DNA of 63,489 nucleotides, filler included, from Octopus bimaculoides (taxonomy: Eukaryota): assembly GCF_001194135.2 (NCBI RefSeq). It is 7 parts of 7 records of this genome, joined end to end, with 100 filler letters (N's around TTAATTAATTAA, not from the genome) between each part and the next. Parts side by side here need not be neighbours in the genome. Positions count along the whole stretch, not along the records: positions 31,016 to 39,748 come from NC_068994.1; positions 39,849 to 54,403 come from NC_068981.1; 5 more parts are not named here. One strand, written 5' to 3'. Below are positions 37,361-48,669 of this stretch, in pieces. The number at the start of each line of letters is the position of its first letter. Within the stretch, counting starts at the first letter, position 1. The notes under the pieces were generated by a model that saw only the letters and a program-made list of their open reading frames with translations, was not told where the DNA came from and searched no databases. A program made the translations under genes and the position numbers.

Positions 37361-38763
37361 TTTCTATATACATCATTCGTTCGTTTAACGTCCGCTTTCC
37401 ATGCTAGCATGGGTTGAACGATTTGACTGAGGACTGGCCAACCAGATGGCTGCACCAGGCTCCAATCTGGTCTGGCAGAGTCTCTATAGTTGGATGCCCT
37501 TCCTAATGCCAACCACTCCGAGAGTGTAGTGGGTGCTTTTACGTGCCACCGGCACGAGGGCCAGTCAGGTGGTACTGGCAACGGTCACGCTCAAATGGTG
37601 TTTTTTTACGTGCCAGCGGCACAGGAGCCAGTNNNNNNNNNNGCCAGTCAGGTGGTACTGGCAACGGTCACGCTCAAATGGTGTTTTTTTACGTGCCAGC
37701 GGCACAGGAGCCAGTCCAGCGGCACCGGCGACGACAATATATATGACAGGTTCCATACACAATTAGAAATGATACCTGGATGATTACTTTATTTTGTGTG
37801 AGGAAAATATTAACAAGCTAATTGAGGTAAAAAAGAAGAAAAGATAGAGGGGGAGGAGGAGGAAAAAAGGAAGAAAACCGAGGTGGAGAAGAAGAAGAAG
37901 AAGAAGAAGAAGTAGATGGATAGATAGACAGACGCATAAGCGTAAATATATAGGACGATTAGGTAGGTGGAAGAGTAAATAGCTGAATGGGTAAAAAGAG
38001 AGGTATATAGATAGGGTGGTAAGTAAGTATGTAGGGTACAGAAGACTGGTAGTTAAATAGACAACAATTAGACAGACAGAGAGCCAGGTAGCCTGACAAA
38101 CGTCATCATTTAATTTTTAATCATTCTAAATTTCAGAGTTCTTTCCCTTGCATACTTTGATATGAATTTTTTTTTTGTCACCGACACAAATGGTTTTTCT
38201 TCTCATTAAAGTTTGTATTTTTAATTGATTAACTTAAGTCTTTGACGCTCACTATATTAATTATGTTAGCCTGCACTTATCTAAGTAGACAACTATTTGG
38301 GTTGGTAGGCAGGTAGGTAAGTAGCTATATGGTTACGTTGGCAGAGAATGAAGCAGGTAGATAAAAATGCGAGTAGATATGAGATTGTATGTCTTTGCAT
38401 TAACATCATGGGTGTGCGTATGTGCATGTGCGTCCATGAATGTGTGAATACATGCACATGTGTGACTGCATGTACGTAATAGATGTGATTTGTGTGCCTC
38501 AATAGACATGAGTGCATGTATGTGTATATGTGACGATATGTGTGTATATATATATTCATACAGTATACACACACACACACATACAAATATATACATACAT
38601 GCATAAGCGTGGCTGTGTGGTAAGAAGCTTGCTTCCCAACCACATGGTTCCGGGTTCATTCCCACCGCGTGGCACCTTGGGCAAGTGTCTTCTACTATAG
38701 CCTCGGGTTGACCAAAACCTTGTGAGTGGATAAGGTAGACGGAAACTGAAAGAAGCCCGTCAC

Positions 38764-38795
<32 letters not shown>

Positions 38796-40109
38796 NNNNN
38801 NNNNNNNNNNNNNNNNNNNNNNNNNNNNNNNNNNNNNNNNNNNNNNNNNNNNNNNNNNNNNNNNNNNNNNNNNNNNNNNNNNNNNNNNNNNNNNNNNNNN
38901 NNNNNNNNNNNNNNNNNNNNNNNNNNNNNNNNNNNNNNNNNNNNNNNNNNNNNNNNNNNNNNNNNNNNNNNNNNNNNNNNNNNNNNNNNNNNNNNNNNNN
39001 NNNNNNNNNNNNNNNNNNNNNNNNNNNNNNNNNNNNNNNNNNNNNNNNNNNNNNNNNNNNNNNNNNNNNNNNNNNNNNNNNNNNNNNNNNNNNNNNNNNN
39101 NNNNNNNNNNNNNNNNNNNNNNNNNNNNNNNNNNNNNNNNNNNNNNNNNNNNNNNNNNNNNNNNNNNNNNNNNNNNNNNNNNNNNNNNNNNNNNNNNNNN
39201 NNNNNNNNNNNNNNNNNNNNNNNNNNNNNNNNNNNNNNNNNNNNNNNNNNNNNNNNNNNNNNNNNNNNNNNNNNNNNNNNNNNNNNNNNNNNNNNNNNNN
39301 NNNNNNNNNNNNNNNNNNNNNNNNNNNNNNNNNNNNNNNNNNNNNNNNNNNNNNNNNNNNNNNNNNNCACACGCATGCACGCACGTACGCGCGCACAAAC
39401 ACATGCACCACCTACACACATACACATTTATACACTCACATACACACTCAAACATTGACGCACATACACCTATTCACACCTATTGGCACGTACATCCTAC
39501 CCATACACCGACACACCTACACACATTTACACCCATCCCCACACCTACACACACACACACACATCTCATACACGACGAACTTCTTCAGCTTCCGCTTACA
39601 AAAATTCTATTTATTGGTCATGGTCGAAGCTATGGCAGAAAATATGCAGTGCGTCACGAAGTGGGACCGAACTCGAAATCATGCGGGTAGAATGTGAACT
39701 TGTTTACCGCAGAGCTATACCCCTACTCATGTTTGTCTAACAGCAAAGNNNNNNNNNNNNNNNNNNNNNNNNNNNNNNNNNNNNNNNNNNNNTTAATTAA
39801 TTAANNNNNNNNNNNNNNNNNNNNNNNNNNNNNNNNNNNNNNNNNNNNCTTATCCTATCGGTCTCTTTTGCCGAGCCGCTAAGCTTTGGGGGCGTAAACA
39901 CACCAACATCGGTTGTCAAGCGATGGTGGGGGACAAACACTTACACACACACACACACACACACGACGGGATTCTTTCAGTTTCCGTCTACCATATCCAC
40001 TGATAAGGCTTTGGTCAGGCCGAGGCTATAGTAAAGACACTTTCCCAAGGTGCCACGCAGTGAACCCGGAATCATGTGGTTGGTAAGCAAGCTACTTACC
40101 ACACAGCCA

Positions 40110-40144
<35 letters not shown>

Positions 40145-41212
40145 GTTTATTTGTGTAGATACAATGAGGGAGATGTGCTTGATATAAGTCGTCAATTATA
40201 TGGCTGATTGAAATTGAATGTTTATCTAGCGATTCAAGTTTCAAGCCACAATGATCTTGAAGCAAGAACTATTTACACAAGAAGCTTTGACTAAATCGCA
40301 GGTATTCACACACATAGGTAGAAAACAAAAGAAGAAACCTAAGGATTTACAATTGAAAAACAGCGCTTTCCAATTTGGTGTAGTGAAATAATTTGTAATG
40401 AAATAAATACAAAATTTGTGATACGTTTAACAGACAAGTTCAATGGCTACATCGCATCTCTTCGTAAGACAACCTTTATTTTTTCTTGATTAAGCAGAAA
40501 ACTGAAAGCCATCCATTCTTGAAATATAATTTACAATATAATAATTGTCATAAATGCATATCTTTAATTAATTTAACAGATAAATTCAAAAGGGAACTTT
40601 ATAGCGAATAAGAACAAATAAAACAGCAAAACAAACAGAGCACCTAATCATACTCCACCAACAACAAAATATTCCCACAAATAACCAAGTTCTTAGAATT
40701 CTCTAATTATGACCAAAACAAATTTCTTTGAATCAAAAACATTTTATCATAAGCATCAATATTTTGAAGCAATACAAAACATTCATTTCTAATAAAGCAA
40801 ACGACCTATAAAAAGGACAGTCTTAAACAGTCTTAATTACATTAACAAATAAAAACCAACAAAAGTAACACAACAAAAAATGAAAACACGCTATTCACCA
40901 ACAAATTCAAGAAAATGAATTACCAATCCACAAAATAACCATTTAAAGAGGCACAAAAGTAACTGTCAGTCAACAGACGCTGAAAGCAAACGAATGAACA
41001 TGAAACTACACTACACCCAAAAATATAGATATATCATCAAACCGAGTTGTAACAGTCTCACTGAAGATTGCAACCGCGTGAAACTTTTATCACGAGATCA
41101 ACTCTCAGTTCTAATAAGGTCTCTCTCTCTCTCTCTCTCTCCCTCTTCCGCTCCGTCCCTCTCTCCCTACCTACTCTTCTCCGTCTCTCTCTCTTCCTAC
41201 CTCCCTCTCTCC

Positions 41213-41246
<34 letters not shown>

Positions 41247-41485
41247 NNNNNNNNNNNNNNNNNNNNNNNNNNNNNNNNNNNNNNNNNNNNNNNNNNNNNN
41301 NNNNNNNNNNNNNNNNNNNNNNNNNNNNNNNNNNNNNNNNNNNNNNNNNNNNNNNNNNNNNNNNNNNNNNNNNNNNNNNNNNNNNNNNNNNNNNNNNNNN
41401 NNNNNNNNNNNNNNNNNNNNNNNNNNNNNNNNNNNNNNATATATACATACACCTATGTATGCATATTTATGTATGTGTATGTATG

Positions 41486-41530
<45 letters not shown>

Positions 41531-41824
41531 ATTGAGAAAAAGGAGGCATTCAGAATTTTGGATAATTCTTTATTACTGCTTTCGTTCGTTTATCGAACTC
41601 GTCAAGACAAAAATCAAAATGATAAAAACGGAATGTTTCCTTGTGCATTTATATGAATCGGATGTTTTTGCTTTGTTTAGAAGAGGAGAAATATATATAT
41701 TTTTATTTTTGGCAAAAGGGGGGAAGAGAGAAAGAAGGGGTGGAATAAACAGAGAGAAAGAAAGGTTTCAGGGCAATAAAGAAAAGTAAGTAAAGTAAAG
41801 GGTGGGGAAAGGATAGATAGATAA

Positions 41825-41865
<41 letters not shown>

Positions 41866-42429
41866 GAGTGTGAGAGAGAGAGAGAGTTGTTTTTTTTTTA
41901 AATTTGACGTGGTCAACTCACTGTATAGTTTGAAAATAAAAAGAGTTCAAAGTCCTATGGAAATGTGTATTCCTTTACACTTGTATAGTCAAATCCCATA
42001 TTCTGTGTAATTCTGTTTTGCATGAACAAATATTAAATTGTACAACATTCATAAACTAGGTAAATAAACTAGGTAAATATAATTTGAGTTCGGTACTGTT
42101 TATAATACAATTTATTCTCTATGTACATTTAATCAAACATCATAAATGAGTTGTATAAAACTTGTATATTGTATATTAAGCTGGAAGCCACTCTGTAGGA
42201 TATAAATTATATACCAAAGCAGGGCCTGCTTTAATATATTTTTGAGTATCTTTCATCCTTTTGTAGGATTTATTTTTATTTTTCCTGCTTGATTGGATAC
42301 GATAATTCAAAAGAGACCTTTTTCACAAATTATTTTGCCAAGTAGCTTACATTAGATATCTTTCCTAATCAGTGGTAAAATGGTTCTAGTATTCTTTCTC
42401 TCTAAGATCAACATTTGTTAAAATCGTTA

Positions 42430-43957
42430 TCTATATATATAAAAATGAGAATGTGTGTCTGTCTGTCTGTCTGTCTGTCTGTGTGAATCCCTAAAACTCG
42501 AGAACTACGCAACCAATTTCATTCAAATTTTACAGATGCCTTCCTTAGGGTTCCAGTTGTGTTTTAGTCAAAAAAAAGTATTAACTTCTTGCGGAGTTCG
42601 AGCCCACGGCAACATAATATCTCCTCCACTATTTAAGTATTACGTGTCAAAAGTGAAACAAAAACACTCATGTCAAATACTNNNNNNNNNNNNNNNNNNN
42701 NNNNNNNNNNNNNNNNNNNNNNNNNNNNNNNNNNNNNNNNNNNNNNNNNNNNNNNNNNNNNNNNNNNNNNNNNNNNNNNNNNNNNNNNNNNNNNNNNNNN
42801 NNNNNNNNNNNNNNNNNNNNNNNNNNNNNNNNNNNNNNNNNNNNNNNNNNNNNNNNNNNNNNNNNNNNNNNNNNNNNNNNNNNNNNNNNNNNNNNNNNNN
42901 NNNNNNNNNNNNNNNNNNNNNNNNNNNNNNNNNNNNNNNNNNNNNNNNNNNNNNNNNNNNNNNNNNNNNNNNNNNNNNNNNNNNNNNNNNNNNNNNNNNN
43001 NNNNNNNNNNNNNNNNNNNNNNNNNNNNNNNNNNNNNNNNNNNNNNNNNNNNNNNNNNNNNNNNNNNNNNNNNNNNNNNNNNNNNNNNNNNNNNNNNNNN
43101 NNNNNNNNNNNNNNNNNNNNNNNNNNNNNNNNNNNNNNNNNNNNNNNNNNNNNNNNNNNNNNNNNNNNNNNNNNNNNNNNNNNNNNNNNNNNNNNNATAT
43201 ATATATATATATATATATATAGATAGATATAGATCTATATGCATACATGTATATGTATACACATGTGTAGATGTATATATATATATATAGATGTACATGT
43301 AATATGTACACATATATACATATATATACATGCATACAGATATCTATACATATATACACCCATCACACACAAACACATGCACACAAACACACACATTAGT
43401 CATTTGTTTTCTTATCCAAAACTACGTCAAAAGTACTGAACGGATCTTTATGAAATTTGGAAATTATATTCTATGTATAACTCCCATGTAAATTCATATA
43501 TTTTTGATGTTGATGAAATTTTAACCGAACATAACAGATGAGCATTATTTGTAATTCAACGGTACAACAGTGTAAGACTACCCTTTCAGATATACTTACA
43601 TTGTGATTTCTGCAATGTGGTGCATAAATTGTCAAGTAAATGAGACGCATCTTTGCCTCCACTGATTCACTTGCAAAGTGTTGAGTAAAATTATTTCGTT
43701 GCAGACCTCCTTTGGGTCTTTTTATTATCACTACGACACACATAGTCCCCAGTTGGTAACATTGATTTCAAGGCCCTCCTGGATGAGAGACTGGCATTCC
43801 ACTTAATGTCTATGTTCCATGCTGGCATGGATTGGAGAGTTATTAATGTAGAAATATGGTATCGTAGCTAATAACAGTTGAGGGTTGCATAGTCTAGACG
43901 GCGTTTTTAGATTTCATTATTCTCTTTAACCCGGGCAAAGCCGGGTATTTCTGCTAG
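42430..43957 (+). mobile_element. Non-autonomous Helitron
   Basis: A|TC 5' end (tctatatatataaaa, then (GTCT)n); 3' GC hairpin acccgggcaaagccgggt at 43929-43946, then CTAG|T: canonical A|T insertion with no TSD. Spans a gap. Confidence 0.7.
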
Positions 43958-44189
43958 TGTTATATATATCTGATCATTTACAGAGATGAGTATCACGTTA
44001 TTAACATTGGATCCACATTCAGAAACAACAGTAACATTGTAATATAGATGTTTTCTCTCCATCCATCATTATTACTATTAAAATAATAATAATAAAGTGG
44101 TTACATGACTATGAAGAAGCTTTCTTGGTAGATACCAAAACCATTTAGCATACATTGATGTCACCTTACATGGTATGTGAATATTGTTA

Positions 44190-45240
44190 GACAGCAATAT
44201 AGCGTTTATTGGAGTATTCATTTGCATTATTTCTCTCCAGTCGTATTAACTGGGCACAGCGTCTGTTTGAGTTAACCGTGTAATGTTCATAGTTTGTTTC
44301 ATTTGAAGGGGTGTTCATGCATATTGTCTCAGTTTCTCTTTCCAATTTTTTTGGAAAAAAATGTAGTTTCTCTGCTTTTCTTTCAAACATTTAATTTTGG
44401 AGAGAATTTTTTGAAGTGTAGCTCCATTGCTTTTCGGAAGTTTGGTATGGTATGAAAATGTTGGCTACCCCAAGATTGTGCGTATTGATAAATGGAATCA
44501 TGTGTTCATTTATTTTTTCTTTTTGGTGTCCTTAGTTGTGTGATGTTCAACTTCATCATCTTTTTAATTCCATCATTTAGTTATTCTAAGGAGTATTTCT
44601 GTTTTGTAAGGAAGCTTTTGAGCTCATTGAGTCGGATTTGACGTATTTCAGGATCAATCACTATAGTACAGATACGTCTTGCCATGCTGCATGGGATGTG
44701 TAAGGGATGGTAAGAGTAGAAATTCAAATATTGGTGCGTGTCCATTTTTTTTTGTAAAATATGTCTTTTGAAACTGTGGAGTTGTATACCTTTATGTGAA
44801 TATTCAGGAATGGTAATTCATTGCAACTGGTTTCTATAGTGAATTTGATGGATGGGAGAAGTATTTTGAGTGTATTATTAAATATATGTAGGTCCTCATT
44901 TAATTTACCCCCAAAGAGGACGGATAAATGAACACTTCAAATGTGACTTCATCACCAAGGCCAAACGCCTGGTACTAGAAGAAAATACCTTTAGGTTCGA
45001 TAATAAAACATATCGACAGATAAAGGGCACGGATATGGGGATGAGGCTTGCACCTTCATATGCTAACCTAGTCATGGGATACTTGGAAGAAAAGCTTTAT
45101 GAAATGTAGAGAGAGCTTTTAATCATGATTGCAAGAAATACGTCATTGAAAAGTGGAAACGCTTCCTTAATGACTGCTTTGTCTTTTGGGAAGTATGCGG
45201 TGAAGAAAATTTTAAAATCTTTACCTTTTACAAACGTTCA
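44190..45240. mobile_element. Penelope-like RT remnants in two opposite orientations
   Basis: Plus 44940-45240: ENTFRFDNKTYRQIKGTDMGMRLAPSYANLVMGYLE...WKRFLNDCF. Minus 44930-44400: LKILLPSIKFTIETSCNELPFLNI...THQYLNFYSYHP...SMARRICTIV. In-frame stops present. Confidence 0.8.
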
Positions 45241-45501
45241 AGAGATGTCCCAAAACACTTCTAAACAAAGCAAAAAACATCTGATTCATATAAATGAACA
45301 AGGAAACGTTCTGTTTTTATCATTTTGATTATGTCTTGATGAGTTCGATAAACGAACGAAAGTGCTAATGAAGAATTATCCATAATTCTGACTGCCTCCT
45401 TTTTTTCAATAAACAATGTATGTACACCACTTCATGGATACATACATTACATACAAACATGCATGCATGCGTACATACATACATATATATACATACATGC
45501 A

Positions 45502-45570
<69 letters not shown>

Positions 45571-45613
45571 TTTAAAAAGAGCTAAAAGATGATCCATTGT
45601 AAAAGCTTTATTA

Positions 45614-45695
45614 TGACCTATGATCATTTCGATGCAATATCCAGACCAACTCCTGCATATTATAAAATATGGAATATTGTATCTCTTCGGGGTCA
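45614..45695 (-). ncRNA. Second (inverted) copy of the extended-helix-II hammerhead motif, core U4->C
   Basis: Reverse complement reads tgacc-CCGAAGA-gatacaatattcca...tggatattgcatc-GAAA-tgatca-TA-ggtca; helix I fully Watson-Crick. Confidence 0.6.
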
Positions 45696-46636
45696 GATTA
45701 ATTCATAGCAGACAGTAAAAACATATTATTTCTCTTTCATAATATAGCTTGATTTTTAAAGAATGTTTTGTTCATAAGTATCTATGGAATTATTTGATAT
45801 AATGGTGTCTTTTAGCTAACTACTTTACATCATAATATTTACTTAATTTTTCAGTTATATTTTTATATGTGGGGCATTTACGATTACACCGTAATATTTG
45901 TTTACGTTTTTTGCCCGATCGATTTAATCCTTCAATCCTTGTAATATTACTCTGAATATTGTATTTAAACTCCATTACTAAGGCAACTAACTTAATTTTT
46001 CTTTAATTTGTTAGCTACAATTTAAATGTATCCTAATTCATTTCACTTATTTTTATTTTATTCATTTTTTTTATATGTTTGATAGCAGCAACATGAATGT
46101 AACCTAAAATTTTTTAATATATATTTTTTTACTTATTATTTCTCATTTTTTACAATTTATTTTCTCTAATCTATCGGGCTTACATAACCATATAAGGTCT
46201 TTTTACTGTTTTAAATCTTAGCTTAATATAACGTCTTGTTTAGATTATGTATAGTTGAGGTGATTATATTATATTATACATAAGCATTCTTTATTAGATT
46301 TACTTCTATTTCATCATTAACTTGTGTAAAAAAATATATTTTAAATATTTTTAACATCTAACGGTTTTTTCTTCGTTCCTGTTTTTTTTTATTTACTTTC
46401 ATAAGTCCAACGGTTTTTTTGAAATGTACAGCGTCCCGTACTTGTTCGCTATTTAACTTCATAGGATAACATCATAACTTAGCATTACTTCTCGTTTACT
46501 CTGCCTTCTAACGGTTTCAAGACCGACATGCTATACAGTTTCAATACGTATCATGTCTTTTCAACTTGTTTATATATATGTAATTCTAGGACAACTATGA
46601 ATGTTGTCTGTTTTTACTGTCTGCTATGAATTAATC

Positions 46637-46718
46637 TGACTCTGAAGAGATACAATATTCCACATTTTATAACATGCATGAGTTGGTCTGGATATTGCAT
46701 CGAAATGATCATAGGTCA
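46637..46718 (+). ncRNA. Type-I hammerhead motif with extended helix II, in the right arm of an inverted repeat
   Basis: Helix I tgact/ggtca; CUGAAGA at 46642-46648; helix II gatacaatattcca/tggatattgcatc; GAAA at 46702-46705; palindromic U-gauc-A helix III; AUA triplet at 46711-46713; AATAAA at 46720. Confidence 0.65.
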
Positions 46719-47237
46719 TAATAAAGTTTTTACAATGGATCATCTTTTAGCTCTTTTTTAAATTGATATACATACAAAAACTCACATGTGAGAATTTTGC
46801 TACGTTGATAACAGATACAATATTTTTACCAAATTTTGGTATAAATCTATAAATACATATACATATATATGTGGATTCTACGTCTCCACATTTTTCATTT
46901 GTGATGACAAAATATGAACTCCTATTGGAATTTACATATCACGGACGGGAAGCATTTCTACCACTCCTACGCACCACTTTCCTTGGATAATGGAATTGCC
47001 ACTATAACATCTTTATACATTTTTTTTTTCTACATTCATTCTCCTATTTCGCTATATACTCTTTATTTGCTTCCTTTTCCAAAATTACTCTTCATATTGA
47101 ACTCCAATATTTCCTTCTATTTAACCATCTCACATCGTCTCTGTTGAAGGGATGTCCCTAGTATCCCAGAAATAACTGTAAGACTAACTTTCCCTTTATG
47201 TTCTGAAAATTCCTTGGCTTTGTTGTCTCATTTTATT

Positions 47238-47294
<57 letters not shown>

Positions 47295-47387
47295 NNNNNN
47301 NNNNNNNNNNNNNNNNNNNNNNNNNNNNNNNNNNNNNNNNNNNNNATGCACATACACATGCATATACATATATATATATATATGCAT

Positions 47388-47420
<33 letters not shown>

Positions 47421-47497
47421 CATATGTATATATATATATATATATATATACTTATTTGTGTATTCTCCACATAAGGTTTAATTTTTTTATCTTACAG

Positions 47498-47871
47498 CAA
47501 AATGGATACAAATAAACTCCCACCAAAGTTACAACGCTCAAATTCGTATTTAGTAAGTATTTCAGACAACGAAGATGGGTTAAGCCAAATATCTGGTTCT
47601 CCTCGTCAACTCAGCATCTCAACTATAGATGGGATTGGGAAAAAGCACCAAAGCACGAACGGAACTTGTCCTTCAGTCGCTAGTGACACAACTAATAAGT
47701 CAACTGAAGTATTAATGGAAGCTCTCCGAATGGAAGAGGAACAAAATGCTCCGACCAAGTCTCGAGGAGCCTGGGATAGCAAATTTCAATATATGTTAGC
47801 AGTCATTGGCTATGCAGTTGGATTAGGGAACGTCTGGCGTTTCCCTTACCTGGTTCAGAAAAATGGCGGAG
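47498..47871 (+). CDS. SLC6: SLC6 first coding exon (ATG at 47502; long Ser-rich N-terminus, TM1)
   Basis: Acceptor tttttttatcttacag ends at 47497, 4 nt before the ATG; donor G|gtaag at 47872; [15 protein letters not shown] motif. Confidence 0.93.
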
Positions 47872-48610
47872 GTAAGATATATTCTTCAATTGAAATAGTG
47901 GAAGTTGTGATATTAGAATATATATAGATAAATCGACAAAACAATATCTAGGAATCACGAGTTTAAAAATAAATGAAACAGATGCTTTACATGAAGCACT
48001 TTAATTAAATTTTACAAACTATTACGAAATCTTATATAACTTAATTGGGCTAGTTTAAAAAAAACAGCTTTTGTTGTTTCATGACGTTTTCTTACCATAA
48101 AGGAGTTACGAGCAGCCCATTCATCCCTATACATAAGCCATCTTAAAGAAAATCATACTGGAATGTGAATGTAAATAGCAGAATTTAAATTTAGGGATAG
48201 ATTTGAATTTATAATTAATGCAGAATATATCAAAATGGTTGGTTTATTTAGGTATAGGAAAAACTTACGCAATGTAGTTTTTAAACGGGAGAAGGAAAAG
48301 ATTCAAAGTTATAAAATATATTTGGCTTAATTTCAGAAAGAATACGTATAACTATTTTACAGAGATACTAAAAATAATGTTAGCTATACGAGGTCTAATC
48401 AATAAGCACCTGGACAGTTGCCATAATAACGAAGCTAAAGCACGGAGAGGGAAGCCGCTTGGCAAAGATTCACCCTCAACTCTGCTCACTTCCGCTATTT
48501 ACAGCAGTGCTTGCAAGTAACGAGTGTAGCGTGTGATCGTCGCATTGACCATGACAGAGATGTCAAAATATCGTTCACTTGATAACAATGGCACTCTTCT
48601 TTTTTGCTTC

Positions 48611-48669
<59 letters not shown>

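Larger units (their letters stand above)
45565..46767. repeat. ~160-bp inverted repeat (45565-45723 / 46609-46767) around an ~885-bp AT-rich spacer; Penelope-type terminal repeats
   Basis: Arms are clear reverse complements (e.g. aaaaagagctaaaagatgatccattgtaaaa / ttttacaatggatcatcttttagctcttttt); both outer ends abut TA-rich microsatellite. Confidence 0.85.
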
